Source of the DNA: Nageia nagi
Taxonomy: Eukaryota; Plantae; Pinophyta
Reading direction: 5' to 3'
Length of the DNA: 64,000 bases
Assembly (NCBI GenBank): GCA_050084985.1
Contig: JBITNC010000001.1
Location: 26,412,001-26,476,000, forward strand
Position numbers and translations under genes: made by a program. This document shows positions 26,801 through 41,800 of this stretch, piece after piece. The notes beneath the pieces are model-generated. The model was given only the letters and a program-made list of their open reading frames with translations, searched no databases and was not told the DNA's origin. Each line of letters opens with the position of its first letter. Position 1 is the first letter of the stretch.

Positions 26801-29800
26801 TCTAGTTTAAATCTCCCCATAGTATTCATGTACGAAATTGATGGAATTCATAGTTTACATGATTCAAGCAACAAAATGGCAAGAACCAAAAGGATATGAC
26901 ATGGGATGACTTCATCAAAGTTGTGAAGGAGTATTACTAAGTCGATAGATACAACAAAATGCATATGAAATGGGAGCGTGCACGTCAGAATTAGAATCAA
27001 ACATTTGTCAAATAAACCAACACTTTTTAGTTTTCACTTGTTGGTAGCTAAATTGGCATTAAATCTTTAGAAGAGCACAAAATCTTGAAGTCCAAAAGTG
27101 GTGTACAATGCACATTAAAGAAGACATGGACTTAAGGAGCTTGCAAGATTGAGCTAATCTTTGAGAAGTTGAAATTAAATGCAAAGTGCAAGAATAAATG
27201 TGACTAATAGTAAATTACTACTACAAATTTACTAAATATGAAGAGTTCTTGAGGGATCTCAAGGGTCACCCAAGAAGGTGAATAAAGTGTTTTTGCAATG
27301 TATTTAAATTTTAATCTTATTTTGAAGCTTATACAATAGTTTTGATCTTGGAGCTAACGGAGGCTTGTCATTGATATCAAAGCTTGAGCTTGAGTAGAGT
27401 ATGTTTTGGTATTTACCAGTGTTCCACGGGGACGCGTTCCCCCTCCTGGAGGAGCCGTTCCGACGTTCCCACGTTTTGGGAACGCGGGAACGCCTTGGGA
27501 AACGTTTCCCAGCCGTTCCCCTTTTGGGGGACGGCTGGGGGCCGTTCCCGAGACAGCTCCCGGGGAAGGGGGAACGTTCCCCGACCGTCCCCCTGATCGG
27601 GAACGGCTGGCCGTCCTCAGGAACGGCCAAGGAACGGCCGCCGTTCCCCGACCGTTCCCGGGGACGTCCGGCATTCCCCTGGAGGCTGGCACGGCTGGAG
27701 AGCTTAAAGCTAAAAAAAAAACACTTTTCACTTAAAAAAAAAACTTTTTAAACCTCCTAGCATGGGTCCCACCTAACTTTGCAACCCCCTTAACCCTAAA
27801 AAGCTCCTCTAAAAGGCTAAAAGTGATTTTGTTATCATTTGTCTTTGTGTAGAGGAGAAAGACAGCAAAGAGGAAGAGAAAGACAGCAAACAGAAGAAAA
27901 AAAACAGCAGTGAGGAGAAAGAGCAAGGAGGGAGGAAGAGAAACACAGCAGTGAGGAGAAAGAGCAAGGAGGGAGGAAGAGAAACACAGCAGTGTAGTGG
28001 AGAAAAGCCAAGGAGGAGAAGAAAATTACCTAGCACAGTCCAAGGTTTTTAATTTTCTGTTTCTCATTCTCTACTTGTTTAGTTTAAATTTTAAACTTTA
28101 CTTGTAGTTTTAAAAAAAAAAACAGTCCAAGATGAGCGATATTGAGGAAGAAAATCAAAGCTATGAGGTAGAAACATCACAAATGGGAGTTGAAAATGAG
28201 CAAGAAAACACATCAGTCTTTGATTGCCCATCCACAATGTTAAAACATTTTGCTAAAGGCCCATTTAATCGTAAAAAACCACTGTTACAGTTTGTCACAA
28301 ACCTAGATGCTGGGAAAAAGATTGAAGGGGGAGCAAGAACTTATAAATGTCACATTTGTAACTCCACATTTAAAGGGAGTTATACTAGGATTGAATCACA
28401 TTTGACTGATAAACAAGGGGCAGGGGTGAGGGTTTGTAAAGAAATGAATAAATTTATGTTTGTAGAAGCTAGTAGGCTTGCACAAGAGGCTTACCTTAGG
28501 AATCATGGGCCGGCCATTCCTAAATCTACCCAAGCCTCCATTGTTTCCTCCTCATCAGTTAGAGAAAAAGAAATTGGACTCTCTTCTAGCTTGCCAAGTC
28601 CTACATTCCCCTCCAAAAAAAGAGGAAATATAGTTGAAGCATTAAACTTGCAGCAGAAAGAGAGAGCTGATGATGCAGTGGGAAGATTATTTTATGCACA
28701 TGCCTTGCCTTTTCATCTTGCACGCTCACCTTACTTGAGGGCAGCATTCGAGGAAGTAAGGTTGGCTGGACCTTCATATGTACTACCTGGCGAGACTAGA
28801 CTCCGTACTTCTATTTTGGAGAAGCAGTATAGTAGATGCAGTTTGATGATGTCGGAGATGAAGGCTACATGGTGCGTAGTGGATGTTCCATTATTATGGA
28901 TGGATGGACTGACATTCGTCAACGTCCACTCATCAATATAATGGTGTCATGTTCAGAGGGTCCTTATTTTCTTCGAGCTGTTGATTGCTCGGGAAAAAAA
29001 AAGGATGCAGAGTTCCAGTTCCTCCTGTTGAAGGAGGCTATTGAGGAGGTTGGATCCTCCAATGTTGTCCAGGTAATCACTTTACTAAGTTTAAATTTTA
29101 AAACTTTAAACTTTACTTTTAGTTTTCTAATTTATTTTTTGACATTTGTTGTAAAAATGCCAAATGGCAAACTGTAACGTTTTAATTTTTTTTGTACAGA
29201 TAATTACAGATGCAGCCCCTGTTTGCAAGCGTGCAGGAAAATCGATAGAAGGCACTTACAGGCATATTTTTTGGACCCCATGTTGCGTTCATGCATTGAA
29301 TAATGCATTGAAGGACATTGGGAAAATAGATTGGGTGAAGAATGTTGTTGCAGAAGCGAGAGACTTGCAAATGTTTATTTGCAACCATCATACCTCATTG
29401 GCCCTCTTTTGCTCCTTCTCAAAGAAGGAGTTTCTTAAACCTGCAGATACGAGATATGCCACTTATTTCATCCTATTGCAAAGGATGATTGAGGTGCAGG
29501 AGGCACTACAATCCATGGTAGTTTGTGTAGAATGGAAGAGGTGGCCAGAATCTCAAACACAGGAGGGAAAAAGACTTAGAGATAAAGTCTTGGATGAGAA
29601 TTGGTGGACTGAAGCCAGGTAACAAAGTTTGAAAGTTTCACTATTGTAGTTTGAATTTCAAGTTGGATTGGTCATTAGGTAATTGTTCAATTGGATTGGT
29701 CATTAGGTAATATGATCATTCATCATAATAAAAATGAATTGGAAATGATACTCTTAAAAATCTAATAATTTTTACTAGTATTATGTTTGCCGTTCCCTAG

Positions 29801-32800
29801 CCTTCCCTGCTGTTCCCCAAAAGACCCTATTTTTTCCGCCGTTCCCAGATACGCGTTCCCGCGTTCCCCCGTATCCCCGTTCCCCAGGCGTGTGGAACAC
29901 TGGTATTTACTCTCCCCTAACTCCATGAATTTGTTCAAAAGCCCTCTATCATGTTAGCCCAAAATTTTTCTCTTTCAAAATCCGTGAATAGAAACCCATC
30001 TATAGTTGCATTTTTGAATACCCTTTTTCGAGTAGATATTTTTTGATTTTTGAACAAAGTAAATCGGTGCAAAAATAGCGAAGTTATCAATATTTGAAGT
30101 TTTCAGTCTATGAGTAGTGGTTTCTTGTGTCTAATTCGTAATTTTTTGAAGAGATTTTTGAAAATAATTGGTAGTGGTTCATTTTTTTGGAGTTCGTGCA
30201 CCATTTTGGGTGAGCTTGCCTTGTATTGGATAGGAAGAACCGTGCTGTAGAAGGGTTTTGCTAAACCCTGCATGCATTGAAGACCACCGTGCATCTTATT
30301 CATTAGAGTGCTGATTGTCATACATTTTTCTTTGTCCTCATGCTCTTGGGTGACAACTTGACGTTGGTAGACCACGCTAGTCTATGGAGAACCGGTTCCC
30401 CGTGAGCTTGTTGGAGGAGACTCCGAGGTCTAATTTTCCACCCCCCTCGACCTCGATGCTCATGCGTTTATTGCCCCCACCGTCGTTGTGTATTGCTCCC
30501 CGCCTGACTCTAGACCTGACCGTCATTTGTAACTCATCTACCGTCAGGTTCAGACCTACTAGTCAGCTGCCTTAGAAGGTGCTATTTACTTTAATTGTAT
30601 TTCTACATTGCCTTTGCATTTTTGTATTAGATTATGTTTCATTTCTATGCTTTCCTTCATCTTAGGACAACATTTTTTGTAACGAGCCGAATTAAAGCTC
30701 ATCCGAAATTGAATGAATGTAGCTGAAATAAATTATTAAAAATTCTCAAAATTCACCATAAATCCATTCAAGCTCATTCGATGCAATTCAAATTCCCAAA
30801 ATGCCCTAGATCACTCATTAGAAATGCAACAAACCTTGCAAAGTCACAAAATGCTTAAAATATCACCCAAAAATGCAACGTCTAATAGTGCAATGCCAGA
30901 TCGTAATAAAATATTATCCTTATGACACCACAAAATGATCTTGAATTTATAAATGCCAAATGAGATTGTAGAAGATTGCATTCTTGTTTTACCATAAAAT
31001 GAAAGGAAAACTTTCTATTTTAGAAATATGTCCAAAAACTGAGACATGCAATATTTCAGAACTTCTTAAAGACTGATTGCACTTTTGGCAACAGATTTTT
31101 ATTAACCTTATTAGTTGATCAATAAGTACTATTTGCAGTTAGTTTTGGAAAGTGTAACATGCCTCATTGCACTTGATTCGAGAGTGACTTGTTTATGTAT
31201 TTAGGCTCTCGTTATTCATTTTGCTTTGCATGCTGTTAAGAATCTTCCACTTACTTATCAATAGTTTTGGATGTTTCACTACTCATTAGTTATATTGAGT
31301 TCTGTAAAATTATGTTTGATATCAGAACAACACGAAGGCCTGTGCCACTTGAACACTACCTGTACTATTCTGGAGAGCTCCATAAAATTTGTGAAAAGGA
31401 AACATTTTTACCACAGGGAGTGAAAGCAGCAAAAGATGCATTCAACAAGAAAAATAGCAGCAAGATGGGATCTGGTACTGTAAAACCTGCAGGAATAGCC
31501 AGCCGCACTGGAGCTCCTCCAGGCCGGCCTGCTGCTGAGAGAGGGGGGGGAAATCGGACACAAAAGTTTGCAGGAAGTCAATCAGCAGGTAATGCTGCTT
31601 ATGGTGGTGGACAGCAGCGTATGAATGCTGGGGGCTCGAGATCAGAGACTAGCCAATTATATTCTCTAATCAACAATCTATCAAAGAAGGGTTGGCTACC
31701 TGTATGTTGTCTGAATACACTCTAAACAATCTCGTTTATTTTCGTTGTGACCTCACTGTTTGTTACATTAGTCTAATTGAAATTATATGTGAAGCAAATA
31801 TCAGAACTATTTTTGGGTCAAATTCAAACCTTTGTTGGATTCAGGTCTGTTTATACATATATAGTGGGATACTTATGTTTCTACGTTCAATTGTTTTTCT
31901 TGAGAAATGATTTATTTGCTTTATTAACTATGTATGTTCTCTAATTAAAGAGCACTGGCCTATATGTCTAGGCGGTTGTTTTTTGCTTCTCAAAGAACCG
32001 TTGCGATCAGGCAGCAGACAGCTTAACAAATGTAGATCTTGCAAGCAGGTCAGAGAAGAGTGAGATACGTGTTTTCTGTGACAAGGCATTCTCTCGTTTG
32101 AAGGGATCTGATCGACAACTTCCTCAGGTAATTCTTGACTTAGATGCTTGCAGATACGTTTTTCATTTATGAGATTATGCCTATTAGTTTTAGGACTTAA
32201 TAGAGTAATTATTTATGAGTTGCAAAAGTTATTAAAAGATTTCTGGGACGTAATATTGTGCAGGTGTTGAGATTACAAGAATTATTGCACAGAGGAATTG
32301 GTGTACACCATGCAGGTCTCCTTCCCATTGTAAAAGAAGTTGTTGAGATGCTTTTCTGCCGTGGTGTGATTAAGGTTGTTAATACCCTTTGCCCTCGTTC
32401 CATATTTCAGTTCTTGTTGTTGTGCAATAGGTTATAATATTTGTTTCTGCTATGCATTAATGCATTTTTGTGTTAAAATCTGGCTTTCGCTGACAGTTTT
32501 CATTTGCTCTAATTCTTCATTATATTAAAGTAAATATTTTATTCTATTTAACATAGTCAACACTATGGCTCTTCAAAGTTTCAACTTCCAAAAATTACAA
32601 TATTATGATACTGTAAGAAGGTATATGTAGATACTTAAAATTGCATTTTAACTATCTAAAAATGATATGTTTTAAAGTGATTACTTTAGTTATGCAAAAT
32701 GTCAATTTGATGGTTAAGTGAATTTCTTTAAATTAGCATTATTTCTATGCACATTATTCTAAATATTTCCACTTAAATGGACTCAAAATGAAATTTGCCA

Positions 32801-35800
32801 AACCTATATAAAATGCCTGCCATTGGCTGGTTCAGCAGCGATTCCTTCCGTTGCGTCTGTTGATTGTGTAGAAGTCGATCCAACAAAAGGTGATTTCGAT
32901 TTGGTGGATGTGAGGTCATTCGATCCAGTGATAAATCCAATGCCACGAGTAGCACTAGTGGCTAGCTACTACCACGAGACCAACCAACGAACAAGCCACT
33001 CTCAAGTGCTCTTTTCAGATATGATGGTTGATTTCAAGAATTATCATTATCAAATATCATAAAAAAAAAGAAAAACAAATAGTGCAATAACATCTTCTAT
33101 CATCATGACAAGATCATCATAAACATCAAAAGAGTAAAAATTTGGAATGCATGTTGAAATAAGAGTTAGTGCCATAATGCACATCGTTTTGGTATCCTGT
33201 TCTAAAATCCCAACATTTTGGTGTTGCAGCCTTGGAGTGTAAATACTTTGATCTTAAGCCTCTATAGCCCTTGCGGTTCACCTAGGTCATTCCAAAATGT
33301 TTGCATATCTGTCCAAGATCATCTAGAGCATAATCATCTTTAACATCATTATCTCGGAATTATTTTTAGGATTATCATCTTCCATGATAATCCAATTCTG
33401 TTATTAGGTTGTAGTTGGGGTTTGCACTCCAATACACAAGTTGTTTGCTAACAAGCTTCCAATCCTCCATCCTTGTAATGTGCCCAATTTGGGACATCTA
33501 GACATCTCCCCTCATACCTATTCTTTGTGATCTCTAGCACTTAGCCTAGGAGTATTTTATTTGTCATTTTATGTACTTCAATAATTCATATTTGTGCCTA
33601 GATGGCATGCACCCAATTAAAGAGCATATTTGGTGTTTATTTGGTAAAGAAAAGGGACCATTTAATATAATAAATCTCCCCTCACCCAGTCAACCAAGGA
33701 AGGAGACTTAATGGACATTAAATAATTATTTATTCATCCTTGATGAGTCGGCCAACTTTAGAGGGCATATTGACAAGATTAGAATGCTATAAATGCAAGG
33801 CATTCAGTCATTTGAAGACATCATCATATTGCATTGATCTTGGATCATTTGAAGTTTAGGGATGCTGCCCTTCTCTACCTTCTAGGGCTTAGGGCTACTC
33901 CTTAGCCTAGAAGTGGCTCATCTACATTTCTACATCTCTTAGAGAGCTTGCGCCTATCATTCTTTCCACTTGGAAGCTTGCGCCAACCATTGGGAGACAT
34001 CTTGAGACTTGTGCCTAGCTTGGGAGCCTTCTTGGGACATGCGCTAGCCTTAAGGAGTCTAGTTTGCAACCATGGTAGACTTGCTATCTCAACTTGTGAA
34101 GAAGGTGGATTCTATTGCACCAACTCCACAAGCACAAAAGGGATAAAAAATTCCATCTAGGGAAACCACACCGTATCAATGGAGTGAAGAATTTGTTTGC
34201 CCTACTCGACCACATCTACCCAAGCCATCCATGCCCATTTTCTGGCAAGAGGAAGCAAGAAACCCTAATGAAGGCCTTGACACCTACTTAAACCAATATC
34301 AAGGTAAAAATGCCGAATTCAAGCAAACAATTACATTTGAAAGTTTTTTTAATATTATGGGGAAGAAGATAGGCAAAGGGATTGATTACTATGACAAGAA
34401 ACACCTACAAAAGATGCAAGTGCCAATGTTTGATGGTAACACTCTGACACCTAAGGCTTGGATACAAAAGCTTCAAACCTTCTTCACCTTTGCCCTATGA
34501 GAGAGATGAATGCAATCAGATTCGCCTCCCTTAACCTTGATGGTATAGCATACGAGTGGAGGCACAATGGGTTCACTACCTTGGGACATGATAAGTTTGT
34601 CATTTTTGAAGAATTTTGCTAAAGAGTTCTTGACAGATTTGAGAGAAAAGATGAGGAAGAATATTTTAGATAGATGACTACACTTCACCAAGTCACTTCC
34701 GTGGGTAGTTATGTTGAAGTTTCCCTTGTCCAGACTACTTTGACCAAAGAGGTCAAGAAGCTTAGCAGATGTTGATTGTTGGTGTAGAGCCTCCCTCCCC
34801 AACTAGCAACCAAACATCCGGACCTAGACCTGGATGCCTTCCTTAGAGTCCTCAGCATGAGTACGACTCATGATGAGGAGATAGATCAGGACCTGCGATT
34901 TGAGGATGAAGAAGAGGAGCTCTCCGATGGTGAGAAGGTCAGAAGGGTTGATACATTTGTCTCCACCTCCCAGAAAGAGATCTCCATCAATAACTGCTAT
35001 TCAAAAGAGAAACATCCTCAGAGACCAGAGGACTGTGTGATTGAGACCAAACACATAGTGACTTACAATGTTGTAGTCATGGAATAGGAAGGCTATGAGC
35101 CAAAAAGGAGGTGGAAATGCTGAAGAAGGAACTCACAGCCAACAGGAAGATTATCAAGGAGTTCCAAACTATCAGTACCACCCCTGTTTATCTAAAGAAA
35201 CAGGCCTCGTTCCATGATGGGTGGAAGCTGATGGAGGAGCAATAGAAGAAGGAAATGATGGAAACTATTGAGAAGCTGTCTTCTCATATATACAGCCTCC
35301 TTGAGGATGGTGTTGAAATCTGGGAATTCAAGTCCCAAATCACAACACACCCTGAGAAGCTGGATGGCAACCTCCCTAACGTCACCCATTTGCAACAGAT
35401 TTTCACTAACAAGTCCGAGAAACTGGTCTATTGCGACGAATTCATGTATCAGCACGACTGGATGAAGCATTCACTTGAGAAGTGCAATGCAGTTTTGAAG
35501 GTAAGAATCCCCTGAGGAAGGAGGTTGAGGAGTAGATGAGAAGATATATGTACCAACTCAGATTCCAGGGAGAAGATAACAATGTGTGGAAAAAGGAGGC
35601 AGTATTGGCAGAGGCTGAGAATTTGATTCAGGAGCATTTAGACATTGATGATCTCAATTTGTGAAGGCAGGGCATTCCATCGTCCATCAGAGACAACTGG
35701 TCATCTGGAGATACTAGATGCAGGTTATGTGTAGACAGATTGGGGACTATTTTTGGCAGAACGACAACATCGTTGGCATGATTTCCAGGGGTGTGCAGAA

Positions 35801-38800
35801 AACCATAGCATTCTTGGAGGATACCATTGAGTTATATGGTCTCACTAGTGAGGAGTGGAACTCCGTCGGTATCGGATCAAATTTGGCCTAGATCTGATCC
35901 ACTCACAATTCTGTCTGCGATAATCTTTCTTTTGTTAAATGCATATTGGTGATGGTGGTTGTTGTTTGTCAGACTTTATTTAGTCTGATCGGTGCAAGGA
36001 AGAGGTTTTGCTCCCGCCGATTTAAATGTCAGACATTTATTGCATTTTTGATTTGCTTTTGCATAGTTTAGAGGTAGATTAAATGCATTTCGGTAGTGGC
36101 ATTTATATTTTGTCAGTTTTTATGTGCCACTTGCATCGTTTTATGTGAACAACCTGCTTTTGTATCGGTATGTGTGTTGCGTGTGTGCACACCATATCGG
36201 ATTTGATGCCTTTAGGACTACACTTCTAATGGCCTATTTATATCCCATCAAGGCCATTTAGAAGTTGATTTTTGCACATTTGAGATCTGCATATAGTAGA
36301 TTTATGCATATTGAGGATTTTTATAATGTTGATTGCATAAAACTATTGTATCTGGTTGGAATTGGGCATATTTGTATAATTGCATAAGGATTTTCTACGT
36401 AAGGGATCCTTTGCATATCATGGTTGTATATTGTTGTACCTCTGTTTCATGTTGAATATCATATTGAGATCATTGCAATCAAGAAAGGAATGCCTCTGTT
36501 CATGTTATAGAATATCATTGTGAGTTTTTTTTTTGTTGGAATAAGGTTATAAAGTAAATATTGTGGAGATTGTCATTTGTGGGATCATGCATGTTACTTT
36601 GGTTTGAATAGTTTTTCCTCTTGAAATTGCATATTGAATATTTGTTGAAGTGGTTTAAGCTGTTCATTGCATGGCTTGCACGTAAGTGAATGTATTCTGG
36701 GGCGTATAGCTTGTCTCGATGTTATTCAGTTAGGCTTGTGTATTTACGCCTTCACTTCATTTACCCCTCGTTCCATTGAGTCTTCCACCAAGACCCTACA
36801 ACTTCGTGCTCTCGTCGTGTAGCGATTTGAGCGCCTATTGCTATTTGTTGCCCAACTTGATAGTGAATACATTTTCCTTAATTTATCTGGAGATGACCTG
36901 CCGAGACACTGCATCACTGGTGATATCTTCATAAGTCTATCATTCTTTATATTTCCGTGCACTTATCCCTGCATTTGTGATCTTTCTTCGCTTTCTTTCA
37001 CAGTTGTAGTCTTTCCTCATTGTGAAAAATGAACTCCGACGATGTATTTCCCTTGTATATGGTTAACAACATGCATCTTTGACCACTGTGCCCTAGATCA
37101 TATTCCATGTGAGCGCTTGGGGTAACCAATCCTTTTAGGAGGAAACAAGTAACGTTGTTTCCTCCAAGTCTTGTGCATGTTTTGGGCGAGGAAAGAAAAA
37201 CATACCAACACAAACCAGTTGAGTTCATTCCTTGAAACCATATAAAATTGTGCTACTTCAATGGGAACATGAACAAACCTTGGGGTTTCAGTCCTTTCAA
37301 GAGTAGGTAAGTTACGCTATCTTGTGCAAGCGATCATAGACCGGTAGGAAGGGTTTCCAACCCAACATGCCCTAGATCGGTTCATGGCATGTTTGGATGT
37401 GTGTTTTGATTTAAATTGATATTTATTTGGTGCTAACATTCCACGTTGAGTGGTTGTGAATTGTTATTGGATTTTTTTTTTACAACATTCCACTATGCTC
37501 TTCTCCAAGCTGGGTTTCCATTCTACTAGAGGCCCAAGAGATGGCGTTGCCATTTTGAAGATAGAAGATGTCAAATATACTCAATGATACCTACAAAATG
37601 CTGCGCCAACCATATAAATAGGAATCCTACACACCCTTTGTAATGTACCTTTCCAGGGTTTATCAAATTTACATTCAATTCCACACTTACATGAATTAGG
37701 GCATTAATAAAAATGCTCGATAAACAACCAAACATGCATTCAAAGTGGAATATAACAGCAGTAGCTAAATGCTCATAGAATATGCGATTATGACCAAACT
37801 AGGGCACAAATAGATCTGTAACATACAAAAATATAGCTCCAAATGTACTCAATTTGCATACATTCCCATGCACAAAGAAGACAAACACATAGCAGAGATA
37901 TATAGGAACATTCATTCACATTCGAGATGCAATATGAGAGCCAATATCATCAATAATCAACCAAGAATATGTGTAGGACTGTATCAAGTTCTTAGGGGCA
38001 AAGCCCAAGACTCGAAAATGCTCAAACTAGATTTCTCAAGGATGGCACAAGTCCCAAGGCAGCTCCCAAGCTTGATGCAAGTCTCAAGATGGCTCCTAAT
38101 GGCTGGCGCAAGCTTCCAAATGGCAAGATAGATAGGCACAAGCTCTCCAAGAGGTGTAGAAGTGTAGAGAAGGGAAGCATCCCTAAGCTCCAAATGATCC
38201 AATATTGAATGCACAAGATGATGTCTTCATATGACCAAATGCCTTGTATTTATAGCATTCCAAACTTGTCAATATGCCCCTAAAAGGCAGCTGATTGGCA
38301 AAGGAGGAATAAGTAATTATTAAATGGCCCCAAACCTCCCTAACATGGCCAACTTGAGAAATGGGGCATAATTCATCTTATTGGCACCTTTTGTTAGCTT
38401 AAATAAACATATAATTTGCCGTTTTCGAGTGCTTACCTTATTGGGACAAATATAGATATAATAAATACATAAATTTACATCACCACAATGAATAAGCATG
38501 AGGGGAGACATTTATTATATCTTAGTGGTTAGATCACAATGAATAAGCATGAGGGGAGACATTTAGATGTCCAATATTGGGGACATTACACCCTCCAAGG
38601 TGATGTCATGCTTGGGTGCTTGGATTGTACCTCGGGATCACACCAAATCATGCGCCTAACCTCTAAACATGCGTTGTGCCTAGGGATCCACATTATGACA
38701 CTTAAATGCTCTAAGATACACTTAGAAGGGAGATGTCCCACTAGGGGCTCATAATTGGTCCATGGGACCCATATGTCTCCTATCCTAAGTTACATTGATG

Positions 38801-41800
38801 CCTAAGTACATATGCAATAAATAAATAATCACTCCTACTTACAAATGTACTCCTAAAGGGGACATCCCATGAAGAGATGTTACAACCCCCCCTTCAAAGT
38901 GACTAAATTTAAATGTTAATGGATCACACGAATAGGATGCTCAAAATGTAGACATTACAAATCTTTTATTGTGGATTCCTTTAATCTCGATTATGAGGTG
39001 ATGGTGGGCCTTTTGTCAAGTATTGACCACTTAGTGGGTGATGCAAATATTCATTCAAAGTTACAATCCAAACTGCAATCATATAAGAAGCACGAGGGTC
39101 TCCTTCTTAGATCCCCATAGTGCATTAAAGAAAGGGCAACCTTGAGGCTAGCTAACCCTCATAGAATGAGTATTACTATTTGTTTTGTATTTTGATTTTG
39201 TTTGAAAAAAGTAATCTCAATTTAAACTTTTACATGTGAAGTTGAACTTGAAGTATTGATCGTGTTTTTTCTTGTTTCTTTCTCTAGATTTATGATGGGA
39301 GCACTTTGGTGCATACATGTCCAACTTCCAACATTTTGCCATAAGAATTTTATGCCAACCATGTAGCGCTTCAGGTTGTGAGCGCAAATGGAGTGTTTTT
39401 TTAACGCATACATGTTGGTATGTTTTTCTTTCCTAGTCCAAAACATGCACAAGACTTGGAGGAAACAATGTTACTTGTTTCCGCTTGAATGGATTGGTTA
39501 CCCCAAGCACTCACATGGAATATGGTCTTTAAGGCTCAGTAGTCAAAGATGCATGCTGTTAACCGTATACAAGGGAAATTCAATACCGAAATTCCTTTCC
39601 CCAATAAGGAAAGACTACAAATGTGAATGAAAGCGAAGAAAGATCACAAATGCAAGGACAAAACATATGGATAAATGCAAAGGAATACGAGGAGAAGAAA
39701 TGGTTTATGAAGGTATCACCAGTGATGCAATGTCTCGATGGAAAGGGTATAAGTGAGGTGAGGGTGTGAGCAGAGGGACCTAATCGAATGATATAAAGAC
39801 AAGCTATAGGCCTCAAAATACAACCACTTTGCAAACCATGCAAAGAAAAACTTCAAACTACTTTAATGAATATTCAATATGAAACTCCAAAGGGAAGAAA
39901 GTTGTTCAAATATGCATGATCTCACAAATGATATCCTTCATAATATAAACTTTATAATCTCATTCCTCAAAATAAACACATTCATAATGATATTCAACAA
40001 TGAACATGCATAGAACCCCTTATGCAGCGAACCTCTATGCAATGGAATGTAAATACTAAAGGATGCAATAGCTCAAAATTCTTACATACATAAAAAGCTT
40101 ATAGCTAGCATCTCTAAATGGAGGAAACTCAATATGCAATATTCCCATTAAGTGCAGAGTCTCATGTGCAACAATGCGTAAAATCATGCAATAGTCCAAG
40201 TGCAAAATTGTAGACATCCTCCAATGCAAATATCCAAATGCCAAAGATCCAATGCAACAATCCCTAGTGTCAAAGTCCCCTTCTAGATGGCCCGAATGAT
40301 GTATAAATAGGCTACTAGAAGTGCTGCTCTAAAGGCATCAAATCTGATATGGTGTGCACACAGGCAACACACATACCGATACAAAATCAGATTGTTCACA
40401 CAAAACTATGCAAGTAGCACTTAAAAGTTGACAAAATATAAATGCCACCATCAAAATGCATCTAATCTACCTCTAAGCTATGCAACAATGAATCAGATAT
40501 GCAGTAAAAAGTCTGACAAGACTGACATCTAAATCGGCAGGAGCAAAACCTCATCCCTGCACCGATCAGAGCCATAAGTGAGTCTGAAGGATTTGATCTG
40601 GTGGTAGCAAAACCTCATCCCTACACTAGTCAAATCGAATGAAATGAAGTCTAACATAACAACCATCATTAAACATGCATTAAACAAATGAATAGATACC
40701 GCAGACAAAATATACGGATGGATCAGACCTAGGCTAGATCTGATCCAATACTGGTGGAGTTCCACTCCTCGTTGGTGAGATCGTGTTGGGAAGGAAACCT
40801 TTCCTCTTACTTGGTGATCGCCCATACGATCAAGACGGGAAAGCGACCCAACATGTAGGTGAGAACGCATTACTGAACTCCTCTTGTAAGGATTGATACC
40901 CCAAGGTTTCTATCGGAAAGCTCTTATTGTTAATACAAGCTTTAAATTTGTAGGTCTTGTATGGGAATTAGCTGAGTGGTGTAATAGAGGTAATAACTAT
41001 TAACTCATATTTTTTGTAGGGACTGAGTTGTGTTATCTTACAATAGTTTGAAAGTTGCCATAAGTTTAAAAAAAGTGTAAAATAAAGAAAAGAAAAGGTG
41101 AGAATGAGGTCGAAAACTGGCTAGACTTCAAAGAGGTAATCACAATGCAACATTGTCTAAATGTTCTTTCTCTTGAATCGGTTAAGAAACCTTGTTCAAT
41201 TCAATCAAGTCCTTGAAATGAATCACTATTGTCTAATCATTCCAAAGATAAGCGAGAAGCGGAATTGATTGTCGGTACTTTATGAATAGGACCGATGCAA
41301 CCAAGTGGACTAAACGTGAGTGAAGGTGGATAGTTTTGAACAAAAGATCTAGGAAGATGTCTTAAGAGAAAGTCAATTCAGAATACTAAGCATTTAACAA
41401 GCAAGTGATGAATTACAAAAATTGTCCTTAAAAGATCAATCCACCACTCCCATAGATGAAAACACACTTTGAATCAACTTGTACCCATTTGTATTATGTT
41501 TGCAAAAGAGTTTTGCACAAGTACATCAATTTGCTCCTCAATTGCAAAAATTTTCAATTTTGGAAAAAAATTGGAAATTTCTTGGACTACAACATTCTGC
41601 CTCAAAATGTGATCCTCTATGGTCTATTTATAGTCTTTTTAGGTCAAAATTTGAAGGTGTTACCCTAATTTGTAGAAAACCTTTAATATGCTAATTTGAA
41701 TGCTAAATTGAGATTACAATATCATTTTAGGGGGAGAATAGTCATATGCCACTAAAATATGATAAAAATAAAATATTTACAAAAATTGATGCCCTTTGGC

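Noticed and set aside
27304-27751. Overlapping Pro/Gly/Arg-rich ORFs on both strands
   Set aside because: By-products of the GC-rich hAT subterminal repeat array
29911-31100. Repeat-like sequence and short ORFs before the 31326 exon, and the 79-aa ORF at 32823-33062
   Set aside because: No recognisable motifs, termini or TSDs; cannot be assigned from sequence alone
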